Of a DNA stretch of 61,543 nt, positions 19,354-29,567 are shown in pieces. Each line of letters opens with the position of its first letter. The first letter of the stretch is position 1. Source of the DNA: Candidatus Collierbacteria bacterium UBA2277 (GTDB lineage: Bacteria; Patescibacteriota; Microgenomatia; UBA1400; MFAQ01); assembly GCA_002347045.1 (NCBI GenBank), contig DDWV01000001.1, positions 553,201 to 614,743 of the forward strand, given 5' to 3'. The notes below the pieces were generated by a model. That model saw only the letters and a program-made list of their open reading frames with translations, was not told where the DNA came from and ran no database searches. The translations under genes and the position numbers were made by a program.

Positions 19354-21066
19354 ATGAATAGATTTAAAAACTTGTTTTTGATTTCTTGCGGATGTTTATT
19401 AATAGGAATGGCTTCGTATGCTGGTTTTCGACTGGCATTTCGGGGCTTGATATTTCCTAAAGTAACCATTGCTGGAATAAAGGTGGGTGGAATGAATAGA
19501 GTAACGGCTCTAAAGATTATAAATAACTATTTTTCTAATAATCCAAATAGCACTATTTTGCGTACTGGAGAAGTTGAGACAGATAAGTTTAATGAGATAA
19601 AAGTGGAAAGAGATTTTGTCTGGGCTGTTGAGCAAGCGATGAGCGTTGGTAGAAATGGAAATTTCTTGACTCAAGTATCCGAACAAGCTAAAACGGTTTT
19701 TTCGTCTAGAGAAGTTTCTGTTCCTATTAGCTATGACGTGGAAGAGCTTACAGGATATATAGAAGACATAGCTACTGAGACAAACAAAAAGATTATTTGG
19801 CCAAAATTAGTAAGGAAAGAAGGAAAAGTTTCTGTAGTTCCTGGAGTTGATGGACTAGAAATACAAACAAAGTTGTTGGAAAACATGATTGCCAATGCGT
19901 GGTCTAAACCTGGACTTCAGATTGTTGATGTCCCGACAAAGGTTATTGTTGCCTCAGAAAACTTTCAACTTATAAACCAGGCAGTAGACGCTTTGAATAA
20001 GTGGGGGGATAAAAGACTCTCGATTCGATATGGTAATTTTGTGACAGTTTTAACAGAAGAAGAGATGATTGGATTGTTTGGGTTAACTGATGATGTTGTT
20101 GATCGTGATAATTTTAGAAACTTATTGGCTAGAATTCAACAAAGGGTTGAGACTGAGCCAAGAGACGCAGTGTTCTCTTTTGAAGAAGGAAGTGTTGTTG
20201 AGTTTAAGCCTGAAGTTGTTGGTGTGACAATCGACATTCCAGAGTTTAATAAACAAATTGGAAATAGTTTGTTGGCTGTAGAAGATAAAGCTCTGGAAAT
20301 CCCTGTAATATTAAGTGAACCTAAGATTAAGGCTGGCGATATAAATAATTTAGGAATTAAAGAACTGATTGGAAAAGGGAAATCCTCTTTTTCACATTCT
20401 ATTCCGGGAAGAGTCTTCAACGTTAATCTAGCCTCTACGAGAATTGATAGTACACTGATAGCTCCCGGAGAAGAGTTTTCTTTTAATAAAGCAGTGGGTG
20501 ATATATCTAGAGCGTCTGGATACCAGAGTGCGTATATTATCAGTGGAGGAAAAACAATATTGGGAGACGGGGGTGGAGTGTGTCAAGTGTCAACAACTGT
20601 TTTTAGAGCAGCACTGGACGCTGGTCTTCCGATAACAGAAAGAAAGGCTCATGCCTATCGAGTAGGATACTATGAACAGGACAGCAAGCCAGGAATAGAT
20701 GCGACTGTATATAATCCAACAGTAGACTTTAAGTTTATTAACGATACTGAGAACCATATATTAGTTCAGACCAAGGTAGATACGAGAAGAATGACAATGG
20801 AGATAGATATTTATGGAACGAATGACGGAAGGATAGTGACTTTGACAGAGCCAAGAATCTCTAGCCAAACACCTCCGCCAGCAACAGTGTATGTAGATGA
20901 TCCTACCCTTGCTACTGGCCAGATGAAACAAATTGACTGGTCGGCTTGGGGAGCAAAGGTATCTTTTGACTATAAGGTGACAAAGGGAGGTGAGACCATT
21001 TTTGAAAAGACGTTTTATAGTAACTATCAGCCTTGGCAGGCTGTTTATCTTCGTGGCACAAACTAA
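19354..21066 (+). CDS. VanW family protein
   Basis: N-terminal TM and a C-terminal VanW core (GGGVCQVSTTVFRAALDAGLPITERKAHAY). Confidence 0.8.
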   Translation: MNRFKNLFLISCGCLLIGMASYAGFRLAFRGLIFPKVTIAGIKVGGMNRVTALKIINNYFSNNPNSTILRTGEVETDKFNEIKVERDFVWAVEQAMSVGRNGNFLTQVSEQAKTVFSSREVSVPISYDVEELTGYIEDIATETNKKIIWPKLVRKEGKVSVVPGVDGLEIQTKLLENMIANAWSKPGLQIVDVPTKVIVASENFQLINQAVDALNKWGDKRLSIRYGNFVTVLTEEEMIGLFGLTDDVVDRDNFRNLLARIQQRVETEPRDAVFSFEEGSVVEFKPEVVGVTIDIPEFNKQIGNSLLAVEDKALEIPVILSEPKIKAGDINNLGIKELIGKGKSSFSHSIPGRVFNVNLASTRIDSTLIAPGEEFSFNKAVGDISRASGYQSAYIISGGKTILGDGGGVCQVSTTVFRAALDAGLPITERKAHAYRVGYYEQDSKPGIDATVYNPTVDFKFINDTENHILVQTKVDTRRMTMEIDIYGTNDGRIVTLTEPRISSQTPPPATVYVDDPTLATGQMKQIDWSAWGAKVSFDYKVTKGGETIFEKTFYSNYQPWQAVYLRGTN

Positions 21067-22091
21067 TGAAAATACTAGCCATTGAAAGCACTTGTGACGA
21101 AACTGCAGCAGCCGTAGTTGAAAACTGTGGTTCTGGAGTAAAAGTAATCAGCAACGTAATTGCTAGTTCGGTTTTGATTCATCAAAAATATGGTGGAATT
21201 GTGCCTGAAGTTGCAGCTAGAGAACAAGTACAAAGCATTATCCCGGTAATTACTGAGTCTATTTCTGGTGTAAAAGATGATGTTCAAGCAGTAGCTGTAA
21301 GTTATGGTCCTGGATTGATGGGTAGTTTGTTGGTTGGAGTGGAAACAGCAAAAGCTTTGGCATGGGCTTGGAAGAAACCTTTGTACTCAGTAAACCATAT
21401 GGCAGCACATGTTTTTGCCAACTGGATTGTAAATGATAGAAAGATGGAAGTTCCTCAATTCCCTGCTCTCGGACTAGTAGTGAGTGGTGGTCATACTGAT
21501 TTAATTTTTATGAAAAATTTGCGTGATTGGGAGTGGATAGGAGGAACAAGAGACGACGCTGTTGGAGAAGCTTTTGATAAAGTGGCTCGGCTTTTGGGCT
21601 TTGCTTATCCTGGAGGACCTGAGATTCAAAAGGCTTCTGAAAAAGTAACTGCTGACCAGAAGGAGAAATCTGTTTTTAAACTTCCTAGACCACTTTTAAG
21701 AGACTCAAGTTTAGAGATGAGTTTTTCCGGTTTAAAAGCCGCTGTATCTAGAGAGGTCTCGGAAATTGTTAATATTGACGATATCACGAAAAATATTATC
21801 GCTTGGGAGTTTTTGGAGGCAATAAGTGATATTTTGATTATGAAAACAATGATGGCTGTTGAGCGATATAAACCCAAAAGTGTACTAATTGCAGGAGGAG
21901 TAGCTGCTAATACGACGCTTCGAAAGAGGCTTGGCAAGACAGTTGAAACAGTTGCAGGCGTTAAGTTTTTTTGCCCTGAGTTGAAATATTGCGGTGACAA
22001 CGCGGCCATGGTTGGTGCTGTAGCTATTCTTGCCCCAAATGAAGTGAGTATCAAAGATTTAAAACCAGAGCCTGGTTTAGCTACTGTATAA
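21066..22091 (+). CDS. tsaD: tRNA N6-adenosine threonylcarbamoyltransferase
   Basis: MKILAIESTCDETAAAV, GPGLMGSLLVG and VSGGHT motifs. The ATG overlaps the vanW-like stop (TAATG). Confidence 0.92.
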   Translation: MKILAIESTCDETAAAVVENCGSGVKVISNVIASSVLIHQKYGGIVPEVAAREQVQSIIPVITESISGVKDDVQAVAVSYGPGLMGSLLVGVETAKALAWAWKKPLYSVNHMAAHVFANWIVNDRKMEVPQFPALGLVVSGGHTDLIFMKNLRDWEWIGGTRDDAVGEAFDKVARLLGFAYPGGPEIQKASEKVTADQKEKSVFKLPRPLLRDSSLEMSFSGLKAAVSREVSEIVNIDDITKNIIAWEFLEAISDILIMKTMMAVERYKPKSVLIAGGVAANTTLRKRLGKTVETVAGVKFFCPELKYCGDNAAMVGAVAILAPNEVSIKDLKPEPGLATV

Positions 22092-22093
22092 GG

Positions 22094-22254
22094 TGATAAA
22101 ATTGTCTGGAAACGATGATCGAGCTAGTCACTCGTGAGTTTGGGAAGAAATCTTAATAGAAAGTAGAACCCACTAAATAAGTATAATTCGAGGTGGTACC
22201 GCCTGAGATGGCCCTCGTTAGTCCCCTTTTTGGAGATTAACGAGGGTTTTATTA
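22094..22254 (+). promoter_or_regulatory. T-box riboswitch leader (Val specifier candidate) with promoter and intrinsic terminator, upstream of valS
   Basis: Extended -10 TGATAAAAT at 22094-22102. GA/K-turn-like GATGA...TGA flanks the hairpin CGAG-CTAGTCA-CTCG. T-box sequence AATTCGAGGTGGTACCGCC at 22185-22203. Terminator CCCTCGTTA...TAACGAGGG plus TTTTATT at 22212-22254. Confidence 0.8.
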
Positions 22255-22272
22255 CATATACAATTAACGCAG

Positions 22273-24324
22273 ATGGAAAAAAATTACGATCACACACAAT
22301 TTGAAGATGCTCTCTATAAAAAATGGGAAGAAAGTGGTGTGTTTACTCCCCCGACGGGAGAAGAATTAAAAAAGAGTGGACAGAAGCCCTTCACTATTAT
22401 TATGCCCCCACCTAACGCCAGTGATCCTATGCATATTGGAAATGCAATGGGAGTAGTCGTTGAAGATATATTTATTCGATATCACAGAATGAAAGGTGAG
22501 GCGGCGTTGTGGGTGCCAGGAACAGATCATGCGGGAATTGAGACACAATATGTTTTTGAGAAAAGACTTTCAAAGGAAGGAAAAAGTCGGTTTGATTTTG
22601 ATCGTGAGACTTTGTACAAAATGATTTGGGAATATGTACAAGGAAACATTAATGTTGTTTTGAGCCAGATGAAAAAAATTGGTGCAAGTGCAGACTGGAG
22701 TAGAGTTAAATTTACGCTTGATAAAGACATTGTTAAGGAAGTAATAACTGCATTCAAAAAACTTCATGAGGATGGTTTAATTTATAGAGCTGAAAAACTA
22801 GTAAACTACTGTACAAAATGCGGCACAACTTACTCAGAGCTTGAAGTGGAACATGAAGACAGGGAAGATAAACTGTATACGATTGATTATGGTTTGCTGA
22901 AAGTGGCGACAACCAGACCGGAAACTATGCTTGGAGACACTGCTGTGGCAGTGAATCCAAAGGATAAAAGATTTAGCAATTTAATTGGTAAAACGATAAT
23001 GGTTCCATTAACCAATCGAGAAATTCCAATTGTGGGTGACGAAATGGTGGATATTAAGTTTGGAACTGGGGCAGTAAAAATAACGCCAGCACATGATCCA
23101 AATGATTGGGAAGTGGGAGTCAGACATCACCTTCCCATAATTACAGTAATTGGCACCAATGGAAAAATGACAGAGGAAGCTGGAGAGTATGCTGGACTGT
23201 CTGTTAGTGCTTGCAGAGAAAAAGTAATATCTGACTTGGGAGAAAAACTGACAGATATAAAACCGTATTTACACAATGTTGGGGTTTGTTATCGCTGTCA
23301 TAGAGCAATTGAGCCTTTACCTATTAAACAGTTCTTTATAAAGGTAAAACCATTAGCCGAAAAAGCTTTGGCTGCTCTTGATTCAAAAGAGACCAAAATA
23401 TTGGGTGCGGGAAGAGATAAGATTCTGAGACATTGGTTGAACAATCTTCGTGACTGGAATATTAGTAGACAGATTGTTTGGGGTATCCGAATCCCTGTCT
23501 GGTATAAAGACGAAAGTAAAACCGATTTTATTGTTTCAGAAACTTCTCCAGGAGATGGTTATATTCAAGAAACTGATACTTTTGACACCTGGTTTTCATC
23601 TGGACAATGGCCTGTAGTGACCTTGAAAACAAATAGACCTGGTGACTTTGACGCATACTACCCAACTGATGTAATGGAAACGGGATATGATATTCTCCCC
23701 TTCTGGGTGATGAGGATGATGATGCTATCGATTTACTTAACAGGAAAGTCTCCTTTCAAGCAGGTATATCTTCATGGACTGGTAAGAGATGAAAAAGGCC
23801 AAAAAATGAGTAAGAGTAAGGGAAATGCCATAAATCCTTTGTATTTATGTGAAAAATATGGGACGGACTCACTACGAATGGCTTTAGTTATGAGTACAAC
23901 TGCCGGACAGGATAGCAATACCGGAGAAAATAAGGTTCGAGGTATGCGAAACTTTGGCAATAAGATTTGGAATGCGGGACGATTTGTTGTAGAAAAATCA
24001 AAAGAAGATGTAGTAGTTAATGGAAAAATGGATGGAGAGTTTGTATCTAAGCTTTCAGAGGTAGTTACCGAGGTTTCAAAGCTCCTTGATGATCTTAAGG
24101 TTGGGTTGGCTTCTGAGACTATCTACAGTGAGTTCTGGCACTGGTTTTGTGACGAAGCTATCGAAATGAATAAACAAAAAATGATTAGCGATGAAGTTTT
24201 GAAAAATGGTTATAAAACAATGTTGATTCTTCTTCATCCTTTCGTGCCTTTTGTTACTGAGGCAGTGTGGCATGAAATGTTTGTTGATGAAGGAATGCTC
24301 ATTTCATATCCTTGGCCAAAGTAG
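22273..24324 (+). CDS. valS: valyl-tRNA synthetase (short form without a long C-terminal coiled coil)
   Basis: PPPNASDPMHIGNA (HIGH region), TTRPETMLGDTAVAVNP, KITPAHDPNDWEVG and KMSKSKGN. Confidence 0.9.
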   Translation: MEKNYDHTQFEDALYKKWEESGVFTPPTGEELKKSGQKPFTIIMPPPNASDPMHIGNAMGVVVEDIFIRYHRMKGEAALWVPGTDHAGIETQYVFEKRLSKEGKSRFDFDRETLYKMIWEYVQGNINVVLSQMKKIGASADWSRVKFTLDKDIVKEVITAFKKLHEDGLIYRAEKLVNYCTKCGTTYSELEVEHEDREDKLYTIDYGLLKVATTRPETMLGDTAVAVNPKDKRFSNLIGKTIMVPLTNREIPIVGDEMVDIKFGTGAVKITPAHDPNDWEVGVRHHLPIITVIGTNGKMTEEAGEYAGLSVSACREKVISDLGEKLTDIKPYLHNVGVCYRCHRAIEPLPIKQFFIKVKPLAEKALAALDSKETKILGAGRDKILRHWLNNLRDWNISRQIVWGIRIPVWYKDESKTDFIVSETSPGDGYIQETDTFDTWFSSGQWPVVTLKTNRPGDFDAYYPTDVMETGYDILPFWVMRMMMLSIYLTGKSPFKQVYLHGLVRDEKGQKMSKSKGNAINPLYLCEKYGTDSLRMALVMSTTAGQDSNTGENKVRGMRNFGNKIWNAGRFVVEKSKEDVVVNGKMDGEFVSKLSEVVTEVSKLLDDLKVGLASETIYSEFWHWFCDEAIEMNKQKMISDEVLKNGYKTMLILLHPFVPFVTEAVWHEMFVDEGMLISYPWPK

Positions 24325-24331
24325 AGAATGT

Positions 24332-24362
24332 AAAAAAACCCCGCCATATAGCGGGGTTTTTT
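24332..24362. terminator. bidirectional rho-independent terminator between convergent valS and rplY
   Basis: AAAAAAACCCCGC-CATATA-GCGGGGTTTTTT. Confidence 0.85.
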
Positions 24363-24376
24363 AACTTTGGGGTGTC

Positions 24377-25060
24377 TTATTGCTGAGGAGTTTCGCCTTC
24401 AGTGGACTTTTCAGTTTCCGTGGCTTCAGCTTCAACTGGAGCTTCAGCACCTGTAGCGTCTTCTGAAACCTCCTCTTCGGTGACTAGAGGCTCTTCTTCT
24501 TTTTGTGGCTCTTGTAATGAAATGACAACTTGCTCTGAGTCTGTTTTTATTTCGACTTCTTTGGATACCTTAGCATCGGAAACTTTTAGCTGATCACCAA
24601 TTTCTTTGAGTATGGAGATATCGAAGGTGATATTTTCTGGGATATCTGTTGGAAGTGCTTCGACTTCAATTTCATATAGAGATTGAGAAATAGTTGCGAG
24701 GTTTGAGTTGACCATCTCTGACTCTCCAGTGATTTCTACTGGTACGTTTGCTAATACTTTTTCTTTTAGGTTTACTTGGTGAAAATCTACGTGAAGTTTA
24801 TCCCCCGTAACTGGATTATAGTGAATATTTTTTATGAGAGTTGGCCTGTCGATATCTTCACTTGTTACTTTTAGCCAAACTAAACTCGTTTCTCCAGCTT
24901 CTTTGAAAGCTTTGTTTAGATCTACCGATGGCACTTGAATTGATAGACTTTCGACGCCTTTTCCAAATACATTCGCGGGTATAACTCTTTGACGGCGAAG
25001 TTGTTTGACCTTACTACCAGTAAGAGTTCTTTTTTCGACTTTTAGTGTAATCTTTTCCAT
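24377..25060 (-). CDS. rplY: 50S ribosomal protein L25/Ctc form with an acidic C-terminal tail
   Basis: KVEKRTLTGSKVKQLRRQRVIPANVFGKG is the L25 N-terminal pattern. I prefer the ATG at 25060. Confidence 0.88.
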   Translation of the reverse strand: MEKITLKVEKRTLTGSKVKQLRRQRVIPANVFGKGVESLSIQVPSVDLNKAFKEAGETSLVWLKVTSEDIDRPTLIKNIHYNPVTGDKLHVDFHQVNLKEKVLANVPVEITGESEMVNSNLATISQSLYEIEVEALPTDIPENITFDISILKEIGDQLKVSDAKVSKEVEIKTDSEQVVISLQEPQKEEEPLVTEEEVSEDATGAEAPVEAEATETEKSTEGETPQQ

Positions 25061-25106
25061 GTCGGCTATTGTACCTGATTTGAGGCTTGTTCTCAACTAT
25101 TTAGCC

Positions 25107-27746
25107 TTACTGGTGGTTTTGAACTAGAGAAAAACCAAAAGAATGCTTGACCAATGGAAGAGTAAGTTTTAGTGATGATGGATTGAGACTTGTTGGCTGT
25201 GAGACTACAGATGGTCTGAGGGCTTTAGGATAGAATATTTCAAGTTCGATGCCTGGATCTGTAGTTCCTGGCTGACGGTACTCGGTGATTGAGTATGAGT
25301 ATTTGTCGAGTGACCCATATGTAAACGGTGTTTGGAAACTTAAGGATACTTCTTGGTCTTGTTTTGGGTTTAGTGTTAGAGGAATTTCGTAGTGATCAAA
25401 GAAATTGGTAGTTTTTTTTGAAATTGGCTTGGTTGAGGCAGGTAGATTGTTTAGGGTTAGTTTGTTTATGGTTGATCCCTGAGGCAAGAAAACATGATAG
25501 ATAGTGTTAATTTCCTCTACTGATGGTTCGTTTTTTTCAGGAGCGTATTGTATTTGATATTTGTGTTCTATGCTGTTTTCTTGGATATAGATTAAATGAA
25601 CAATTTTTCTACTTGTCCATGGACTTTTTCTGAACGAAGTGGTGTCTGTTTCTGCTATGTAAGTAGTTTCTGAGTGACAAGTATCTTGCGATAGACCTGA
25701 GATACATGAATGTGGCTGAATAACTCCTGAGAATGATTGAGTAGATAGTACATGCTCCATTTGAGTGTCTTTTGACCACATATATATTTGATTTTCACTG
25801 ATCATTTTTGATAGTGACCGACCAATTACTGGGAGTGTTATTTCGTGGTTAAACAGCCTGTCGAGATACTGGTTTACAAGATTTTTTTGAAAAACAGCTC
25901 CATTTGAATCTATTATATTTTCGGTGATAGAGTCTTTTGTAGGTAGTTTTTCTTCTTGAACAAATTCTTTTAGAAGAAGATCGTTAATGGCAATTATGAA
26001 ATCTGGTTTAATTTTTAAGGTATTTTCTATGAAATAGGAAATGTCTATTGACGTTTGATGAAAGTCCGGATTTGTGTTGAGATTAGCTGCCTGTGGAGCT
26101 GGTATTTCTTTTGCATTTTGTTTTGACTTTGAGGCACTTTCGGTACTTGTATATAAAGCGTCAAGCTCGAAGGGCGAGTAGAAATTTTTTGAGACTAACC
26201 TACCCTGATCTAGGGTAATTAGTAGATAGTAATCAATTACGCCTCCAGTTACTTGGTAAACCTGACTGTTTTGAAGGAGAACTAGAATATTTTGAGCTTT
26301 TTGAGTTGAGAGTATTCCAGGAATAATGTCTGAGATTTTTATGAACTGTACTATTTGATCTTCAAGCTTTTGAATATTTTGAAAAGTTGAGTTTTTTTCT
26401 AAGGTGTTTTCGACTCGTTTTGGAAGCTTGCCTTTTTTTGTAAGGAATTTTATTTGATTAATATTTTCGTATACTTGACTAAGATTTGAACGTAATGCAA
26501 GACTTAAGTCTTCGTAGCTTGTGATACTGTCTTGCGAGTTTAAGGACATAAGTAGATTTTCTGCAAGTGAGTATGTTTGTTGTAAATTTGATAGACTGCT
26601 TCTGGTGTAGTTTGTAAGCGAGTGAAGATTGTATATTTTTTCATTTAATTTTGGACTAAGTACTTCGAGAGTAGGACTAATCGTTGTGTAAAGAGAGTCC
26701 CCTATCTTTGAAAGTTTTTCTGAGGTTTTTAGTTTTTTTACAGAGATATTCATTTTGCCTTCTAGAGCATGATTGGCTGAGCTTTCTAGAGCTTTTACTG
26801 AAATTAAGGCAACTGATGCGTAGAGAGCTATTATTGAGGTATATCCTATTAAGATTATTAAGGCAATGAAGGAAAGTATTTTTTTAATTTTTGGAAGTTG
26901 TTTTTTCTGTGGTTTTGGAGTTTTCTTTTGAAAATACTCTGAGAGTAGCTGCAGATAACTTGGTTTATGACTTTCTAATTTTATAGAAGCCGGATTACTT
27001 ATGAAGTTTGAAACTATTTGTGTTAGATCTTTTTCGAATTCACTATTGGGATTCCAGTTTAGCTCGGCTTTGGCTTGATTGGAGAAGCCTAAAAGCGAGT
27101 TTACTTTCGGATTGCTGTTTTCTGTAGCATTGATTTCAAATGTTTCTATCTCATGTATTTCTAATTTTTTTTTGATTAGGTATGAGACTTCAAGATCCTT
27201 GAATGATTCTCCAAGTAACCAAAAAGTTTTTCCTGAGGTGTTTGACAAAAATAAGACTTTTATCAGAGCGGAAACAAGATCTTCTATAGAAAGGGGATAG
27301 TAGAGATTTTCTCCTTTTTTGGAGATGTTTATTGTCTTTTCGGAGACGCTTTTGAAAATTATTTTGTCAAAGTAGGTGACAGGATTCTTTGACTCTGACT
27401 GGTAAATGTCCTTGGTAAATACAAGTCTGTGAATAGGTTTTGCATTTCCCAGATCGTCAAGCATTTTCTGAAAGTAGTGATTTTTTTCTATATCAATGTT
27501 TTCTTTATGGACTATGACTATCACTAGTTTTGAGTCGTTGGTGCGACAGATATCGTAGTGATTTATAAGCTCTTGACTAGTGTTACTGAGGTCTTGGCTT
27601 AGATCGATTAGATATACGGAGTATGGAACATCCTTGTTTATTTTGTTTGTAAATTTGACGTTTGGATTGAGATTTTGACCTAGAAAAATTTTCTCGAGCG
27701 AGGAGTTATTTGAGTTTATCGAGACTAATGCTTCACGGGCTGACAT
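25107..27746 (-). CDS. large single-pass membrane protein: N-terminal degenerate epimerase-like region plus a DUF4012-like exodomain (hypothetical)
   Basis: AKAELNWNPNSEFEKDLTQIV resembles the C-terminus of NAD-dependent epimerases. There is a TM at ILSFIALIILIGYTSIIALYASVALI. VTGGVIDYYLLITLDQGRL resembles the DUF4012 core. Confidence 0.4.
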   Translation of the reverse strand: MSAREALVSINSNNSSLEKIFLGQNLNPNVKFTNKINKDVPYSVYLIDLSQDLSNTSQELINHYDICRTNDSKLVIVIVHKENIDIEKNHYFQKMLDDLGNAKPIHRLVFTKDIYQSESKNPVTYFDKIIFKSVSEKTINISKKGENLYYPLSIEDLVSALIKVLFLSNTSGKTFWLLGESFKDLEVSYLIKKKLEIHEIETFEINATENSNPKVNSLLGFSNQAKAELNWNPNSEFEKDLTQIVSNFISNPASIKLESHKPSYLQLLSEYFQKKTPKPQKKQLPKIKKILSFIALIILIGYTSIIALYASVALISVKALESSANHALEGKMNISVKKLKTSEKLSKIGDSLYTTISPTLEVLSPKLNEKIYNLHSLTNYTRSSLSNLQQTYSLAENLLMSLNSQDSITSYEDLSLALRSNLSQVYENINQIKFLTKKGKLPKRVENTLEKNSTFQNIQKLEDQIVQFIKISDIIPGILSTQKAQNILVLLQNSQVYQVTGGVIDYYLLITLDQGRLVSKNFYSPFELDALYTSTESASKSKQNAKEIPAPQAANLNTNPDFHQTSIDISYFIENTLKIKPDFIIAINDLLLKEFVQEEKLPTKDSITENIIDSNGAVFQKNLVNQYLDRLFNHEITLPVIGRSLSKMISENQIYMWSKDTQMEHVLSTQSFSGVIQPHSCISGLSQDTCHSETTYIAETDTTSFRKSPWTSRKIVHLIYIQENSIEHKYQIQYAPEKNEPSVEEINTIYHVFLPQGSTINKLTLNNLPASTKPISKKTTNFFDHYEIPLTLNPKQDQEVSLSFQTPFTYGSLDKYSYSITEYRQPGTTDPGIELEIFYPKALRPSVVSQPTSLNPSSLKLTLPLVKHSFGFSLVQNHQ

Positions 27747-27933
27747 TAGTTTAAGTATAAACGAAAGAGGAAATACTTTAAATTTGAGTATTACTTGTAT
27801 TTACGTTTTTTGCATGGAAATTTCGTGGCTGTGTATTTTTTTGGCTAGCCTTAGAATCGATAGTGTTTTGTTTATACACTTTCACACATGAAAATCTATG
27901 CGTGCTGGCTATTTTGTTTTCCACATTAGGAGA

Positions 27934-27960
27934 CAAAAGAAAAACCTCCCAAAAGGGAGG
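27934..27960 (-). terminator. rho-independent terminator after rnhA
   Basis: The minus strand reads CCTCCC-TTTT-GGGAGG followed by TTTTTCTTTT. Confidence 0.7.
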
Positions 27961-27981
27961 TGTGATGTTCTTCTGTGAAAA

Positions 27982-28413
27982 CTATTTGTCTAAGGCTTTG
28001 TTTACTAGAGAGTCGGCGCTTTTGTTTTCTTCCCGTGGAACATGAACAAATGACATTAGCTTAACAAGGCCTTTTTCTTGAAGCTCTTTAGAGAGATCGG
28101 CAACCTTGTTTTTTAGAACTTTCAAATGGGGTTGTTTTACTTTGTATTCTCCGAGAATTTGTTTGACTATCAGCTCTGAGTCGAGAATATGCTTTAGCTT
28201 GTTTGAGGCAATCTCCTTTTCTAGTAGTGTTTCTAGACTTCTAATGACAGCTGTGTATTCAGCAACGTTGTTTGTGGTCTCTCCGATTGTTTCGGAAAGA
28301 GTAAAGATCTTTTTGCCTTGAGTATGTGCATAAACTCCGATAGCTGCTGGCCCAGGGTTTCCTCTGGCTCCTCCGTCGGTGTTGATTTCTAGAAGATCAT
28401 AGATTTTAGTCAT
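27982..28413 (-). CDS. rnhA: ribonuclease HI family protein
   Basis: TDGGARGNPGPAAIG, NNVAEYTAVI, DSELIVKQ and NKSADSLVN carry the DEDD catalytic pattern. Confidence 0.88.
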   Translation of the reverse strand: MTKIYDLLEINTDGGARGNPGPAAIGVYAHTQGKKIFTLSETIGETTNNVAEYTAVIRSLETLLEKEIASNKLKHILDSELIVKQILGEYKVKQPHLKVLKNKVADLSKELQEKGLVKLMSFVHVPREENKSADSLVNKALDK

Positions 28414-28421
28414 GAGTTATT

Positions 28422-29567
28422 CTAAATCATAATTGCAAGAGCGACGACGAGAATCAGTTTATTTTGGGGTAGTGTCCAGGTGTAGTGATCAAAGGTACCT
28501 GTAAATATGACTATTGCTAGTAGATCTAAGATTCCTTTTTTTGAGAGAAGTCTTTTTATTTTTTTGCTGAGTAGTATTAGTACTAGACTTGCTAGTCCTA
28601 GTAATCCAGTTTCTGTAGCATAGAGATAAGGAAGATTGTGAATGGGTTGTAGTTTTGAGGGAGTAAGAAATGACCCAGGTAGGAAACTTCCAAGAGAAGG
28701 AATGAAGTTACCATAGCCAACTCCTGTGAATGGATTCGCTAAAAGTATTTTGTGAGTGTAAGGTATATGAAATAAACGATCGGACAAAGGCTGCCATGAT
28801 GAATGTATATATTTGGAGACAATTGGAAGTAGAGTTGTAATAAACAACGAAAGAAGAATTACATTTCCTGAATTTAGTCCAAATATTAGAAAGGATAATG
28901 AAACTATAGCTGTCTTTGAAAAAGTTAGAATGATACCAACAAAGGGAATTGTTTTTTGCCAATGATTTTTTGATTTACGTGAAAAAAGATAAAATACAAT
29001 CAACAAATATCCAGCAAGAGAGTTTGGATGAGAGAAGGTTGATGGAGGACGAAGAATTTCTCTACCAAAGAAATTTAGACGTGCTAAGCCTTGGGTGGTA
29101 GGGGAGTAACTTCTTTCTCCAAGATAGTAAAGGAGTCCACCCAGTGACGATTGTCTTAATAGTTGAAAGAGTTCGATAGATACTATTAGGACTGTTGATA
29201 GTAATAGTGGTTTTTGAATTTCTTTCCACTTGGCTTTGTTTTGTCTAATACTCAGGAAAAACAATAAATAGACAAGTAGATGTAGATACCAAAAGAAGGT
29301 GTTTGCTGGAGAGATGGAAAATACAGTGTTGAGTAGTGCTAGAGAAAATATAACGAGATATATTTTGTATTGTTTTTTTATATGATAAAAGACTTTTTTG
29401 ACTGAAAAGAGAATATATAGAAGAATGAGAAGATCTACAAGATATAAGGTTGGTGAGAGGTAATCAATTTTGATTCCGGCAACACGAGAAAAAGACGGCC
29501 AAAAATGGAGTCCTAGTTGGGTGGGCAGTAGAAAGATGATTGTTTTTAAAAGACTTTTCTTTGTCAC
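28422..29567 (-). CDS. O-antigen ligase/polymerase-like polytopic membrane protein
   Basis: About 10 TM segments, with a Wzy_C-like loop region (SKTAIVSLSFLIF...). Confidence 0.5.
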   Translation of the reverse strand: MTKKSLLKTIIFLLPTQLGLHFWPSFSRVAGIKIDYLSPTLYLVDLLILLYILFSVKKVFYHIKKQYKIYLVIFSLALLNTVFSISPANTFFWYLHLLVYLLFFLSIRQNKAKWKEIQKPLLLSTVLIVSIELFQLLRQSSLGGLLYYLGERSYSPTTQGLARLNFFGREILRPPSTFSHPNSLAGYLLIVFYLFSRKSKNHWQKTIPFVGIILTFSKTAIVSLSFLIFGLNSGNVILLSLFITTLLPIVSKYIHSSWQPLSDRLFHIPYTHKILLANPFTGVGYGNFIPSLGSFLPGSFLTPSKLQPIHNLPYLYATETGLLGLASLVLILLSKKIKRLLSKKGILDLLAIVIFTGTFDHYTWTLPQNKLILVVALAIMI

